A stretch of 64,000 bases of DNA. Source: Pelagomonas calceolata (Eukaryota). Below, piece after piece: positions 31,150-41,560 of this stretch. The notes under the pieces were generated by a model, which was not told the origin of the DNA, made no database searches, and saw nothing but the letters and a program-made list of their open reading frames with translations. The DNA is taken from NCBI GenBank assembly GCA_918797485.1, contig CAKKNE010000002.1, forward strand, positions 496,001-560,000, written 5' to 3'. The translations under genes and the position numbers were made by a program. Every line of letters begins with the position of its first letter. Position 1 is the first letter of the stretch.

Positions 31150-32955
31150 CTAGTTAGACGCCTCGGCGACCACGGAGTCGCGCAGCGCGATCTCCACGGT
31201 CGTGGACCGCTCGGCGAGCGCGGCCTCCACCTCCGCGACCTTCGCGGCGGTGCACCGCGTCCCCGCGAGCTCGAGGCGCCGCAGCGGCAGCCAGCGGTCC
31301 TCGGAGAGCTCGTCGAGGTCCTCGAGCAGCGCGTCGCCGACGTTCGGGCAAGTCACTAACACAAGACGCTCGAGGCGGCCGAGGCCGAAGAGCGGCTCGA
31401 GCGCGTCCGCGGAGAGGCGCGGCGCGCGCGAAAACGACACGTCGCGCAGCGCGGGACAGCCCTTGGCGAGCGCGCCCGCGCCGGCCTCGAGGTCCGTCGC
31501 GCCCTCCAGCCGCACCTGCGCACGAATCAAAAGTTCACAGCGCCTTGAGTATTCGCGTCGACCTCCACGCCATCGACGCGACGCCTGCTCGATGGCGTGA
31601 TCGGGCGCACCCTCCACGCCATCGACGCGACGCGTGCTCGATGGCCTCCACGCCATCGACGCGCACCCGACGCGCTGGTTGATTCACACACTGGAACCGC
31701 ACGCTCTTGAGCCGCGCGCAGTGCTTGCCGAGCGCGCGGCAGAACTCGTCGCTCGACGCGTTTAACGCGCCGGCCACGGCGTAGAGCAGGGGGCAGCCCG
31801 CGAGGGCCCGGAGCCAGAAGCCGCACGGCGCGGACACGCCGCCCAGGCTTAGTGTAGTGAGCCGGTGGCCGCAGACGCGCAGCGCGGCGTCGAGCGGGAA
31901 GGCCTGGGCGCCGCGCACGTGCAGCGTCGACAACCGCGGGCACCGCGTCAGGCCCGCGGCGAGGAGCAGCGGGTCGCCCCCTGTTAAGTGCCGCCGGTCC
32001 TCGACGAGCTTCGCCGGCGCGCCCGCGAGGAAGGCCCAATCCAATTCGGCGCCCACCTGTGAGTGACCGAAGCGGTCGCGTCGATGGCGTAGAGGCAGTC
32101 GCGTCGATGGCGTCGGAAGGGGACGCGGGAGCAAACGAGCGGCGCGAGGACGCCGGCGTCGAGCGTCCGGCGGGCGCCGGCGCAGACGCCGCGCCAGCTT
32201 TTCGCGCGCCGCGCGTAGTGGATCGCGTCGACGGGCCGCGACGCGAGGCGCCAGTCGAGGCACGCGCCCACGATCGCGCAGCAGCGCGCGGGCAGCGCCA
32301 ACTCTGAACCGCCTTGGACGACCGCGGCGCGCGGCGGGGCCGCCTCCAGCGCCTTTTCGACGCGCTCGTCGAAGTCGCTCGCGCAGAGCTCCGCGACGGC
32401 CTTGTCGTAGGCCGTCCGCCGCCGCGCCGCCAGGGCCTTGTGCCGCTTGAGCTCGAGCGCCTCCTCCTTATTCAATTTCTGCGCGTCGGCGGCGGCGAGC
32501 GCGTGCCAGACCTCGCGCGCGCCGTCGCCGAGCGCGGCGCGCAGCGCCGCCGCGTGGCGCACGTGGCCCTTGAGGTACGGCGGGTGCGCCGCGACCGCGG
32601 CCCGCGCGTCCGCCACGGCGCCGCGGACGTCGGCCCACTCGCTCAGCCGCGCGAGCGACCGGTTCGCCAGCGCCAGGGCTTTTGATTCCGCGCACCGCGC
32701 GTGCCCCCCGGACAGCCGGATGGATGCCGTCCACTCGGCGACGGCGCCCTCGACGTCGCCCTCGCCGAAGCAGGCGTTGCCCCGCGCGCGCGCCGTCTCG
32801 GCGCGGAAGCACACCTCGGCGAGCGGGTCGTTGGCGAGGTCGCGCGCGACCTGCGCCTGCAGCGCTTCCGCCGGAGACGCGCCGTTCGTCGGCCAATTGG
32901 CGGGTACGGCGGCCGCCTCGGGCACGTCCACGACGTCCTCTGGCTCCTCGGGCAT
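31150..32955 (-). CDS. TPR + F-box-like/LRR protein, exons 32955-32137, 32056-31703, 31515-31150
   Basis: TPR (GNACF.EG..E.A...W, ANRSLA, YLKGHVR) and cysteine-containing LRRs. Two phase-0 introns join three ORFs. Confidence 0.8.
31516..31702 (-). mobile_element. Degenerate introner-type intron (187 nt)
   Basis: TSD GTGCGGTT/GTGCGGCT (7/8), decayed TIRs, three tandem CACGCCATCGACGCG copies. Confidence 0.85.
32057..32136 (-). mobile_element. Short intron (80 nt) related to the introner family
   Basis: GT..CACAG, phase 0, two ACGCCATCGACGCGAC copies, TSD-like GTTTGCTC/GTGGGCGC. Confidence 0.7.
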
Positions 32956-33079
32956 GGGGCTTGTCTTTCCGGCTGCCCTTGTGCTGCAGGCTGCCTCGTT
33001 GCGCTTGTTTGCCAGTCTTGTGCAGATATAACGAGCAGTAGCTCACGTTTGGCTCGATTTTCGATTGTCGATTTGACCT

Positions 33080-33101
33080 CTAGAATGTCTGTGTGCGCTA
33101 G
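33080..33101 (-). promoter_or_regulatory. CTAG-bracketed intergenic motif (variant)
   Basis: Reverse complement CTAGCGCACACAGACATTCTAG between divergent genes. Confidence 0.45.
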
Positions 33102-33295
33102 CTGATTCAGAGCCTGCTTTTTGCACGTATAGATAAGCAGCATAGGCCAGAAGTTGCCCGGAGGTAAGGCCCAGCACTGCTACACGCGGCTCGCGCGCAA
33201 GTCTGCTCAATAAAGCGGCGCGCGGGGCACAGCATAGGCCAGCCCTGCCTAGCGTTGCAGCAGAGCGCTGCTGCACGCGAGCGCCAGAAGCATAC

Positions 33296-34408
33296 ATGCG
33301 CCGCACGGCTCTCATGAGCGCTCTGCTCCTCAGGAGCAGTGCAGCGCTGCGAGCGGGCACGACAGCGCTGCGAATGCGACGCGGCGTCGCGCGTGCGGCC
33401 AGAAAAACCAAGGAGGAGGACGCCGCCGCCGCGGCGCCGGTCATCAACTGGTACCCGGGCCACATCGCGCGCGCCGAGCGCGAACTCAGAGGCTACCTGA
33501 AGCGCGTGGACGTGGTCGTCGAGGCGCGCGACGCGCGCATTGGAAGGAGCACGGCGCACCCTGATTTAGCAGAGTGGGTCGGCGACCGGCCGCGCGTCGT
33601 CGTCTTCACGTTCGCGGACCTCGCGCCTCCCAAGGTCCTGAGCGACTGGCGGGCTGCAATGGAAGAGGACGTGTTTTTTGTGGATGCGCGGCGCGGCGGC
33701 GACAAGGAGTTCCGGGGCGTGCGCGGCGCGCTGCAGAAATGTGGGAGAGCCGTCAACGAAAAAAGGAAGAAGAAGGGCATCGCGCCGCGGTCCGCGCGCG
33801 TCGCCGTCGTGGGCTACCCGAACGTGGGCAAGTCAGCGCTCATCAACCGCCTGGCGGGGCGCAAGGCGGCCAAGTCCGAGGACCGCGCGGGCGTGACGCG
33901 GAGCCTGGGCTGGGTGCGGTCGAAGTCGAACGACGGCCGGCCGCCGCCCTTCGAGCTGCTCGACTCGCCGGGCATCATTCCGGCGAAGCAGAACGACCCG
34001 CGCCAGGCCGCGCGCTTAGCCATGTGCGGCCGCATCGGCCAGGCGTCCTACGACGAGCGCCGCGTCGCCGAGGCGTTGTTGATGGAGCTGCGGTCATCAA
34101 ACTACGCGCCCGGCGCGGCCAAGAAAATACAAGAAAAATACGGCCTGTCCCTCGACGCGGACCCGGACATGTTCCTGGCGGCCCTCGCTGATCAACGGTA
34201 CGACGGCGACGACGCGCGCGCGGCCGTCGCCGTGCTCGGCGACTTCCGGTCAGGGAGATTAGGCAACGTCGCGCTCGAGGGGCCGCCGCCGCGGGAGATA
34301 GTGGAGGAGCCGGTCATCGTCGAGGCGCCCCCCACAGAAAAGCCGGTCGAGGCGGCCGGGAGCGACTTCGACCGGCGGATGAGTGAAGGCGACTTCGCGG
34401 GCTGGTGA
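33296..34408 (+). CDS. Organellar ribosome biogenesis GTPase, RbgA/YlqF family
   Basis: INWYPGHI, EARDAR, GYPNVGKS, GVTR, LLDSPG, DFRSGRLG. Confidence 0.92.
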   Translation: MRRTALMSALLLRSSAALRAGTTALRMRRGVARAARKTKEEDAAAAAPVINWYPGHIARAERELRGYLKRVDVVVEARDARIGRSTAHPDLAEWVGDRPRVVVFTFADLAPPKVLSDWRAAMEEDVFFVDARRGGDKEFRGVRGALQKCGRAVNEKRKKKGIAPRSARVAVVGYPNVGKSALINRLAGRKAAKSEDRAGVTRSLGWVRSKSNDGRPPPFELLDSPGIIPAKQNDPRQAARLAMCGRIGQASYDERRVAEALLMELRSSNYAPGAAKKIQEKYGLSLDADPDMFLAALADQRYDGDDARAAVAVLGDFRSGRLGNVALEGPPPREIVEEPVIVEAPPTEKPVEAAGSDFDRRMSEGDFAGW

Positions 34409-34431
34409 TTGATAAACATAATTGTATCTTA

Positions 34432-34743
34432 CTACCACTCGCTGAAGTTCTGGTCGAAGACCTCCGTCTTGACGTCGACCTTCTCCTGGAACATCTCCTC
34501 GGTCGGCTTCGTCTGCGTGACCTTTCCCAGCTTCTCGTTGAGCTCTTCCGTGACTTTTGTGCAGTCGCTTCCTCTAATCCCGCTCACGGTCTCCTCGACG
34601 CGGCCGTCGGGGTAGATGCGGAACTTGACGCGCACGGTCTCTCCATTTAACGCGGTGCGCCGCCGCGGCCGCGCGGTGTGGCGCGGGCCGCCGAAGGCGA
34701 CCGCGGTTCCGCAGAGCAGCGCGAGGGCGAGGGTGCGGGCCAT
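34432..34743 (-). CDS. Plastid-targeted DUF2997-like protein
   Basis: Signal peptide ending AF, then F.I.PDGRVEE.V.G..G..C...T..L...LG.V....PT.E. Confidence 0.75.
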   Translation of the reverse strand: MARTLALALLCGTAVAFGGPRHTARPRRRTALNGETVRVKFRIYPDGRVEETVSGIRGSDCTKVTEELNEKLGKVTQTKPTEEMFQEKVDVKTEVFDQNFSEW

Positions 34744-35176
34744 TTCTCTTTTATGGGTTTACGGAGCTGCGAGAGCTGTCGGAGAGGGCTGTCGACTTGT
34801 TGGATCTCCTGAGCTGGGAGAGCTGATCGGCTGAGACAGCGCACGTATACGGCCAGCGATGTTTTTGATCGATCGTAGATCTTGAAATAAGAGCGCGCAA
34901 GCTTGTGAAACGCCTAGCCTGGCCCGTTTTGGCTAGCTCGGCGTACACGCGCGCGGATGCCGGCAGAGGCGTACTAAGGTATCGTACCTCGGTGGTAGGG
35001 GGTCAAGAGCCGAACGCAGATGATAGCTCTCGATGCCGTTCTCATAGCCTCTTACAGAACCCGGCCATCGCGGCTGTCTCTGCAGCGTCTCCACCCCGCA
35101 CGTTCCTGGGATGTCCGATGTCATGTCCCTGCATGAGAAGGGAATGAGAAAGCTTGCAAAGCGTGGCAGCCAAGCG

Positions 35177-35845
35177 ATGGGCCTGTACATCGCCGCCGTG
35201 CTGGCCGCCGGCGAGAAAAAAGGCTGCCCCTTGCCCTGTGGCGCGTTCTGCCTCGAGCTAATCGACCACAAAGAGGCCTGCCCCAATAAAGGCAGCCCGT
35301 GCTCGCAGCAGGAGCTCGCGTTCGGCGACATCTGCACGGGCGACGCGACCTGCGGCGACGCGGGCCGCTGCTACGTCGCGGCGGCAGAAACGGAAGCCAA
35401 AGTCCTCGCGGCGACGACGCGGCGACGGGCGTGGCGCGACGAGGCGACGCTGCGGCGGCGCGCGCTAAGCGACGACGGCGACCCCACGGACGCGCCGACG
35501 TACTGGACGCCACCGACGCGGAGCCACTTCCAGCCGCGCGACCGGCGCTTCCTCTACGCCGTCTTCATCGGGTTCGTGGCTCTCGCGCTCGGCCTGGGCG
35601 CCGCGGTGGCCGCGCACGCGTTCCCGCTGGAGCGGGGGCGCCCGCGGCTGCCCGACCTCGTCGACACGTTCTTCGACGTGTGCCGCGGCGAGGCGGGCTT
35701 CTATTACTGGTTCAAGGAGTGGCGGAACCGGGACAAGGTGCCGCGCGTGCGCGTCGTCGTCGCCCGACACATGCGTGAGAGCGACTTCCGGCGCGTCGCG
35801 CCGCCGCCCCCGGCACTGTCGAACGCGCTCGTCGAAGAGCTCTAG
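35177..35845 (+). CDS. Hypothetical membrane protein with Cys-rich N-terminus
   Basis: ORF with Cys-rich segment and one TM helix, start uncertain (35111 possible). Confidence 0.55.
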   Translation: MGLYIAAVLAAGEKKGCPLPCGAFCLELIDHKEACPNKGSPCSQQELAFGDICTGDATCGDAGRCYVAAAETEAKVLAATTRRRAWRDEATLRRRALSDDGDPTDAPTYWTPPTRSHFQPRDRRFLYAVFIGFVALALGLGAAVAAHAFPLERGRPRLPDLVDTFFDVCRGEAGFYYWFKEWRNRDKVPRVRVVVARHMRESDFRRVAPPPPALSNALVEEL

Positions 35846-35866
35846 GACACAACTTATGTAAAAATA

Positions 35867-37768
35867 TCAACTCGATCGCGTCCGCCGCGGCCGATTTGCC
35901 GCCGGCGGCGACGGATGGTCCGACGCCGACCGCCGGAGGTCGGGCCGGAAGCCCTCGAAGGCCGGTGGCGGCGGCCGCGCGGGCGCTTCAGGCGTAGGCG
36001 GCACGAAGACCGAGAGCAGGTTCCGGCGATGGTCGGCTGGGGTCGTCGGCTGGGGCGCCGGCGACGGCGGCGCCTCGGGCACGGTGATGAGTGGCGCCGA
36101 GTTGATGCCCCGCACGGCAAACAGCCGGCGCGCCCGGTCGCTGAGGCGGCTCTGACTCGTCGTGTTCCGGTGCTCCGCGGAGAACTTGCGCGCGGCCGCG
36201 GCCAGCGCTGCGACGTCGGCGTCGTCGCCAATAGTCGTGGTGCTCCGGACGGTCCCGTACAGCGTGCGCTCGCTGGCGTCCTTCTCGAGGGCGCGCCGCC
36301 GCGACGACGGCGCGGGCGAGGGGCCCCGTTTCTGCGGCGACGCCCAGGACGGCGCGAGGCGCCGGAGGAACGACGGCCTCGCCTTGGGCGGCGGCGGCGC
36401 GGCGGCGCGCTCGTCCGCAGCACGCTTCACGATCTTGGCGATGCGGCGTTGCGCTTCCGCGCGGCGGCGCTCGTCCTCCTTGACCCCCGCGGCCGCGGCG
36501 ACGACGGCCGCCGCGGCCGCCGCGTCCGCGTCGACGGCTGCTGCGAGGGCCGGCACCGGCGCTTTTAATGCGTCCGGCTTCGCGGACGCATCTACCGGGG
36601 CCGCCGGCTTCATCGGCGCGGCGGCCGCGGACCGCGGCGCCGCCTTGGCGAGCAGGGCCCGCAGCGCCGACGTTGTTCCCTCGACGTCGAGGCGCGCGCC
36701 CACGGCGAAGGCCTCCGTCGTCCAGCCTAGGGCCTCGAGGCAGTCCGCGTGGTCGCCCTCGGTCAATCCGTTCTTCGCGCGGAAGGCGTGGAGCGCGGCC
36801 CGATCCTGCGCTTCCACCTGGCCCGACGACAGGGCCGCCCTCAACAAGTTCGAGTACTCTTTGCGGGCCACGCCGTGGTCCCGCAAATGTAACTTCTTGA
36901 GGAGCTGCTGGTTCAAGTAGAATATGAGCTGGGCCTGGACCTTCGGGTCCTTCTCGGCGTCGACGGCCCTCCGGAAGTCCTTCGCCGTCCACCGCAGGAC
37001 TCGGGCGCCCTTGTCGCCCGCCTGCGCCTTGACACGCGTCGCCGACGACGAGCCCGTGGGTCGCAGCGGGTCGTCCGCTATCGAGTCGGCGAGAAGCTTC
37101 GCCTCCACTAAATCCGGGATGCCCACGAGCCCCCCCGGCCCGAGCACGCCGCCCCCCAAAGGCCGGCCGTGCGCCGAGAGGAGCACGGTGCCGCTCCGCA
37201 CCACCAAGAAGTTCGGGCACGGGTCGTTCTCCTCCTTCAGCACGCGACCGGCGGGCTCGTCGACGAACTGGCCCTGCGCCGCGAGGCGCTTAAAACACGA
37301 CGGCGCCACAAATCGGTTCAGGCCCGACGCCTCGTAGCACGCCCACTCGTCGTCGTCGAGCCAGACCGGGACGCGCTCCGACGCGAGCTCGACGAGGCGG
37401 TACGCGTTGAGCCCCACGAAGAGACTGCCCCAGGCCGCCAGCAGCACGTTGCCGCGCCAGGCGTTCGGCACGACGCTGTAGCAGATCAGGCCCGACACGG
37501 TCCACAGGCGCAGCAGCATGACGTCCGTCTCGTAGAACCCGTACAGGATGACCGCCGCGCCGCCGTGCTGCACGACCGACAGCGCCGGCGTCGCGGCCGC
37601 GGACTCGAGCGAGGCCGTCGTGGCGGCCGCCAAGCGGTCGAAGCGCCGGCGCGCGAACAGGGCGTAGCGGCGGCCGGCGCTGATCTGTCGGATCTGTCTG
37701 CTGCGAACCACCGCTGTGCGACGAAGCGCTGTGCGCCGCGACGCCTGCGCTGCTGCTACGCGCAGCAT
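35867..37768 (-). CDS. Popeye-like membrane domain + cyclic-nucleotide-binding domain protein
   Basis: D.MLLR..., W..LF..LN..RL..L..ER.PV, then cNMP-like GRVL.EE....FLVV.SG.V...LGPG.LVG. Confidence 0.7.
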   Translation of the reverse strand: MLRVAAAQASRRTALRRTAVVRSRQIRQISAGRRYALFARRRFDRLAAATTASLESAAATPALSVVQHGGAAVILYGFYETDVMLLRLWTVSGLICYSVVPNAWRGNVLLAAWGSLFVGLNAYRLVELASERVPVWLDDDEWACYEASGLNRFVAPSCFKRLAAQGQFVDEPAGRVLKEENDPCPNFLVVRSGTVLLSAHGRPLGGGVLGPGGLVGIPDLVEAKLLADSIADDPLRPTGSSSATRVKAQAGDKGARVLRWTAKDFRRAVDAEKDPKVQAQLIFYLNQQLLKKLHLRDHGVARKEYSNLLRAALSSGQVEAQDRAALHAFRAKNGLTEGDHADCLEALGWTTEAFAVGARLDVEGTTSALRALLAKAAPRSAAAAPMKPAAPVDASAKPDALKAPVPALAAAVDADAAAAAAVVAAAAGVKEDERRRAEAQRRIAKIVKRAADERAAAPPPPKARPSFLRRLAPSWASPQKRGPSPAPSSRRRALEKDASERTLYGTVRSTTTIGDDADVAALAAAARKFSAEHRNTTSQSRLSDRARRLFAVRGINSAPLITVPEAPPSPAPQPTTPADHRRNLLSVFVPPTPEAPARPPPPAFEGFRPDLRRSASDHPSPPAANRPRRTRSS

Positions 37769-37976
37769 TGTCCCCAGCGTTGCGCTACGGCAGCTTCATG
37801 ATGGCAGCCCAGGAGGAGGAGCTTGTTGTATGCCTTCAAATTTGAGACGTACGCTGGATTCGAGCTGAAGCTGCTGCGTATTGCAGCCCAGAGAGCTTGT
37901 AATTTATCCAAATCTATCACGTACGGTGTTAATCGGGCTGAACTGCTCGGATGCAGTGCGAGTTTATGTTTTCGGG

Positions 37977-37999
37977 CTAGCGGCCTATAAAGACACTAG
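37977..37999 (+). promoter_or_regulatory. CTAG-bracketed intergenic motif
   Basis: CTAGCGGCCTATAAAGACACTAG between divergent genes. Confidence 0.55.
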
Positions 38000-38181
38000 C
38001 AAACAAGCAAGCTCGCGCTGAGCTTGGTTTGCGCTCGCTATTAGGGCTACTGGGAGCACAGAGCTGCTCTTCGCTGTGATCAGTCATCGCTCGTCGCAGT
38101 ACTGCTGTCGTTTGACTTGCTGCCGCGCCGCACAGCTGCTACTGGAGCATTGCTTGCTGCTGCTCACCAGAGAAACACACG

Positions 38182-38459
38182 ATGAATGCGAACACAATAA
38201 AAGCCGCGGCCAAGCCCCTAGGCATGCTCGCCGTGCGTTGCGCGGCGTCCTGCGTTTCGTTCGAATATACTCGGCGCCGCGTCGATGGCGTGCAGGCGTA
38301 CGCATAAGTCACACAACACAGGCCGCCGGCCTCGCGTGGGCGCTCTACCCGGCCGACAAATCGGCGAGCATCCCCATGGGCTTCGAGTTCGAGAAGGAGG
38401 CCGTCGGCGAGAACCCGCAGGTCACGGACGAGTTCGCCGCCGCGGTCAAGCGCGGCTAG
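38182..38459 (+). CDS. 62-aa single-TM protein, possibly cytochrome bc1 subunit QCR10-like, exons 38182-38232 and 38322-38459
   Basis: Spliced MNANTIKAAAKPLGMLAAAGLAWALYPADKSASIPMGFEFEKEAVGENPQVTDEFAAAVKRG, strong GC3 bias in exon 2. Confidence 0.6.
38233..38321 (+). other. GT-AG intron (89 nt) with the introner internal motif
   Basis: GTGCGT..ACACAG, contains CGCGTCGATGGCGTG. Confidence 0.7.
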
Positions 38460-38478
38460 GGTAACGTGTATACTAAGA

Positions 38479-39498
38479 TTACTCGGCGCAGACCGCCGCC
38501 GAGAAGGGAACGCGGTTGTACCACGCGTCCGGCAGGTCCGAACCCCAGCGCGCGCGGAGCGCCGCGAGGGCGGCCCGCTTCGCGCCCGTGCACGCGCTCG
38601 CGTCGGCGAGCGTCCAAACGAAGGCCGCGTGGCCCATCTCGATCGGCGCCGCGCCCGGGAGGCCCAAATCAACAGCCGTCGACCGCAGCGGGTCGATCAG
38701 GCTCTCGGCCGGCGCCGCGCTGTCTGCACCGCGGGCCTCGCAGCCGTCGACGACGACGAGCGCGCGCGCGCCGTGGCGCCGCGCGTCGTAGAGGTGCCGC
38801 TTCACCGCGCGCCAGTCGACGGGCTCTGCCGCCCAGAGCACGCGCGCGCGCGAACTCGCCGCGAGCGCGCGCGCGGCCCGCGCCACGCGGTCCCCGTCGC
38901 CGGCCATCACGAGCGCCGCGGCGTGGCGGCTCCGCGGCGCGTCCCAGACGCCGACGAAGGCGTCGAGCTCGCGCGCGACGCGGCCCGCGTCGCGCGCGCC
39001 GGCCAGCGCCTCGCCGATGGCCTGGGTCATGGCCGACCGCGGCGCGGGCGGCGGCGCGGGCGGCGCGTCCGAGGCGCGGCGCAGGAGCGCGAAGCCGCAG
39101 AGCGCGGCCGCGACCGTGGCCGCGGCGCGGGCCGTCCGCTGGCGCCGCTGGCGCTGCCATTTCTTCGGCGCCGTCGGGGCCGGCAGCGGCTCGTCCAAGT
39201 TTGGTATTTCCAACTGGTAGGCTGGCGCTTGTGCGTTCCGGCGGCGCACCGGTGCTGGTGTCGCTACTGGTGTCGCAGGTGGTGGTGGCGTGGCCGACCG
39301 CGCGCCGGCGTCGTAGGCGGCCAGGCGGCGCCCGAGCTCCTCGACGAGCAAGGCTGTCTTCTGGTTGGCCTTGATGCCGCGCAGCTTCGCGAGGCGCTGC
39401 AGCTCGCGCCGCTCCTGGTGGTCGACCGCGGCGCGGATGGCGTCGACCGTCGCTTCGTCCAGGTCTCTTAGGTCGTCGTCTACTGCATCTCGCGCCAT
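38479..39498 (-). CDS. SAP-like domain, TM helix and AAA+-like C-terminal domain (LAP1/LULL1-like?)
   Basis: RRELQRLAKLRGIKANQKT..LVE.L, TM VAAALCGFALL, C-terminal ALVVVDG.E and AWYNRV. Confidence 0.6.
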   Translation of the reverse strand: MARDAVDDDLRDLDEATVDAIRAAVDHQERRELQRLAKLRGIKANQKTALLVEELGRRLAAYDAGARSATPPPPATPVATPAPVRRRNAQAPAYQLEIPNLDEPLPAPTAPKKWQRQRRQRTARAAATVAAALCGFALLRRASDAPPAPPPAPRSAMTQAIGEALAGARDAGRVARELDAFVGVWDAPRSRHAAALVMAGDGDRVARAARALAASSRARVLWAAEPVDWRAVKRHLYDARRHGARALVVVDGCEARGADSAAPAESLIDPLRSTAVDLGLPGAAPIEMGHAAFVWTLADASACTGAKRAALAALRARWGSDLPDAWYNRVPFSAAVCAE

Positions 39499-39752
39499 GT
39501 TGGCTCTGTGTGAGGCTGCTACGGCTGCCGCGGCTGCAGATGGCTTGGTGAGGTGCAAGACTTGCAAAAGAAATTAGCAGCAACTCGGGGGGCTAGCGCA
39601 GCTACTTGATTTTGCAAGCGGTGTGCTTCCAAGCGCTATCAGCGAGGCAAACGCTGCGCTTTTTTTTGTATGCCCATCGCGGTACTAGAGGGCTTACGCT
39701 AGCCGCAGCACGCGACCAAAAAGCGCCAAAGCAGGCAAAGCGGGACCCTAAG

Positions 39753-39980
39753 GTGAGTTTTGACGCCCTACAACCGCTCTCGCGAGGCCATCGCTGCGTC
39801 CGCGAGCGAGGCTGGCGCGAGCGGCGGTCGAGCTGGGGCCTGAGCCGCCTCTCCCTCAGCCTCTGCAAAAGCCACCCATCGCGGCGCGCAGCCGCACCCC
39901 GCGCGCCCTGCGGTCCCCCCCGGCGGCACCCCGACGCGCCCCCGCCCCCACAAAACGCCAACGCCGCGCCCCCCCCGCAG
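39753..39980 (+). other. Probable 5'UTR intron
   Basis: AG|GTGAGT donor and C-rich tract + GCAG, 35 nt before the ATG at 40016. Confidence 0.55.
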
Positions 39981-40015
39981 AAGAAGCCGCCGCCGCCGCG
40001 CCGCGGAGAAACAAA

Positions 40016-40276
40016 ATGGCCGCGATGGCGTCCCTGAGACGCTTCCTGAGCCCGGCCTTCTACCAGGCCGCCGCGACCGACTTCGGCGCGATGGTGCGGA
40101 CCAAGTACATCCAGGGCAACATTTTAGCGCAACCCATCACGGGCTTCATGGTCACCATCGGCGCCGTGGGCTACTTCATCGAGTATTCGGTGCTGGGGCG
40201 CTACCACGTCGCGCACAAGAAGGAGAAGACGGCCGCCGCCATCAAAGAGTACGACGCGAAGCACGCGCACCATTAA
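40016..40276 (+). CDS. Mitochondrial ATP synthase subunit f-like
   Basis: 86 aa, KYI...P....M...G..GY..EY..L...H pattern of subunit f. Confidence 0.65.
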   Translation: MAAMASLRRFLSPAFYQAAATDFGAMVRTKYIQGNILAQPITGFMVTIGAVGYFIEYSVLGRYHVAHKKEKTAAAIKEYDAKHAHH

Positions 40277-40288
40277 ATACTGTAGAAT

Positions 40289-41560
40289 TTACTTGGAGAC
40301 GGCGTGGATCGCCGCCGCGACGTAGGCCACGTTGTCCCGGTTCAGGCCCGCCACCGAAATCCTACCGTCGAGCGTGCAGTAGACGGCGGACTCGTCCCGC
40401 ATCTTTTGGACCTGCTCCTTGCTCAATCCCGTGTAGGCGAACATGCCGATCTGGTCCGTGATGTGGCTCCAGTCCTTTGTGGATCCCGCCTCCGCCAGGC
40501 CCTCCCTTAACAAAGAGCGCATCTCCTGGATGCGGTTGGCCATTTCCTTACATTCGCCCGTCCACTGCGCTCGGAGGGTGGCATCACCTAAAACCTCCTT
40601 GACGATGCGCGCGCCGTGGATCGGCGGCGACGAGTACATGGGCCGAATAATGGCCTTGAGCTGGCTCTCGAGCGCGGCCTTCTCCTCGGTGGACGAGCAG
40701 ACCGCGCTGAGCGCGCCGACGCGCTCGCCGTAGAGCCCGAAGTTCTTCGCGTAGGACTGGCACAGTAATATTTGATGGCCGTCCTCGACAAAGCTTCGTA
40801 AAGCCACGGCGTCGGCCTCGGCGTCGCCACTGGCAAAACCTTGGTACGCGCAGTCGAAGAAGAGTTGTAAATCGGTCTTCTTCAAAGCTGCCGACAGGTC
40901 GCGCCACTGGTCCGGAGACGGGTCGACGCCCGTCGGGTTGTGCGCGCAGGCGTGGAGTAGGATGGTAGACCCGGCCTCCGCTCCTAGCAGGTCTTCCTTC
41001 ATGCCCTCGTAGTCGAGCGTCGTCTTCGTGTTAGAATCAAGGTAGCGGTAGCGCCTGACTTCAACTCCCGCATCTTGGAAGACCTTGGCGTGGTTGCCCC
41101 ACGTCGGCTCGGGCATGTAGCAGACCGGCTTCTGTGAACTTCCAGTGAGGCGCGGCAGGCGCTCGATGAGTTGCGCGCAGACGCGCAACCCGCCCGTACC
41201 TGACAAAACCTGGGCCGCGGCGACGCGGCCCTCCTGCAATGGTGCGGAATCGGGCCCGTAGGCGAATTCTAGGGATAACTTGACGAACTCGGCATCTCCA
41301 GTTATGGCGGCGTACTCGTGGTTCGGGTTGCCATTCACCACACGGCTTTCGGCCTCCCTGATGGACGGCAGGACGTAGGGCTTGCCCGCGTCGTCGCGGT
41401 ACGCGCCCACACCCAAGAGCACCTTGGTGGTCGACGGGTCGTCCGCGAAGGTCTGATTTAGACCGACGATCGGGTCCGCCGGCGCCGCGGGCACGCCGGC
41501 CCAGGCGCTTAATGTTCTAGCGCGGCGCGTGAGGTGGCGGGCGGTGCGCGAGAGAAGCAT
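40289..41560 (-). CDS. GOT2: Aspartate aminotransferase, mitochondrial
   Basis: Presequence, GVGAYRD, SGTGGLR, HACAHNPTG, D.AYQGF, SYAKNFGLYGERVG. Confidence 0.95.
   Translation of the reverse strand: MLLSRTARHLTRRARTLSAWAGVPAAPADPIVGLNQTFADDPSTTKVLLGVGAYRDDAGKPYVLPSIREAESRVVNGNPNHEYAAITGDAEFVKLSLEFAYGPDSAPLQEGRVAAAQVLSGTGGLRVCAQLIERLPRLTGSSQKPVCYMPEPTWGNHAKVFQDAGVEVRRYRYLDSNTKTTLDYEGMKEDLLGAEAGSTILLHACAHNPTGVDPSPDQWRDLSAALKKTDLQLFFDCAYQGFASGDAEADAVALRSFVEDGHQILLCQSYAKNFGLYGERVGALSAVCSSTEEKAALESQLKAIIRPMYSSPPIHGARIVKEVLGDATLRAQWTGECKEMANRIQEMRSLLREGLAEAGSTKDWSHITDQIGMFAYTGLSKEQVQKMRDESAVYCTLDGRISVAGLNRDNVAYVAAAIHAVSK

Noticed and set aside
31560..31670. Spaced direct repeats superficially like a CRISPR array
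   Set aside because: Only three 15-20 bp units with related spacers, inside a eukaryotic intron, and no cas genes
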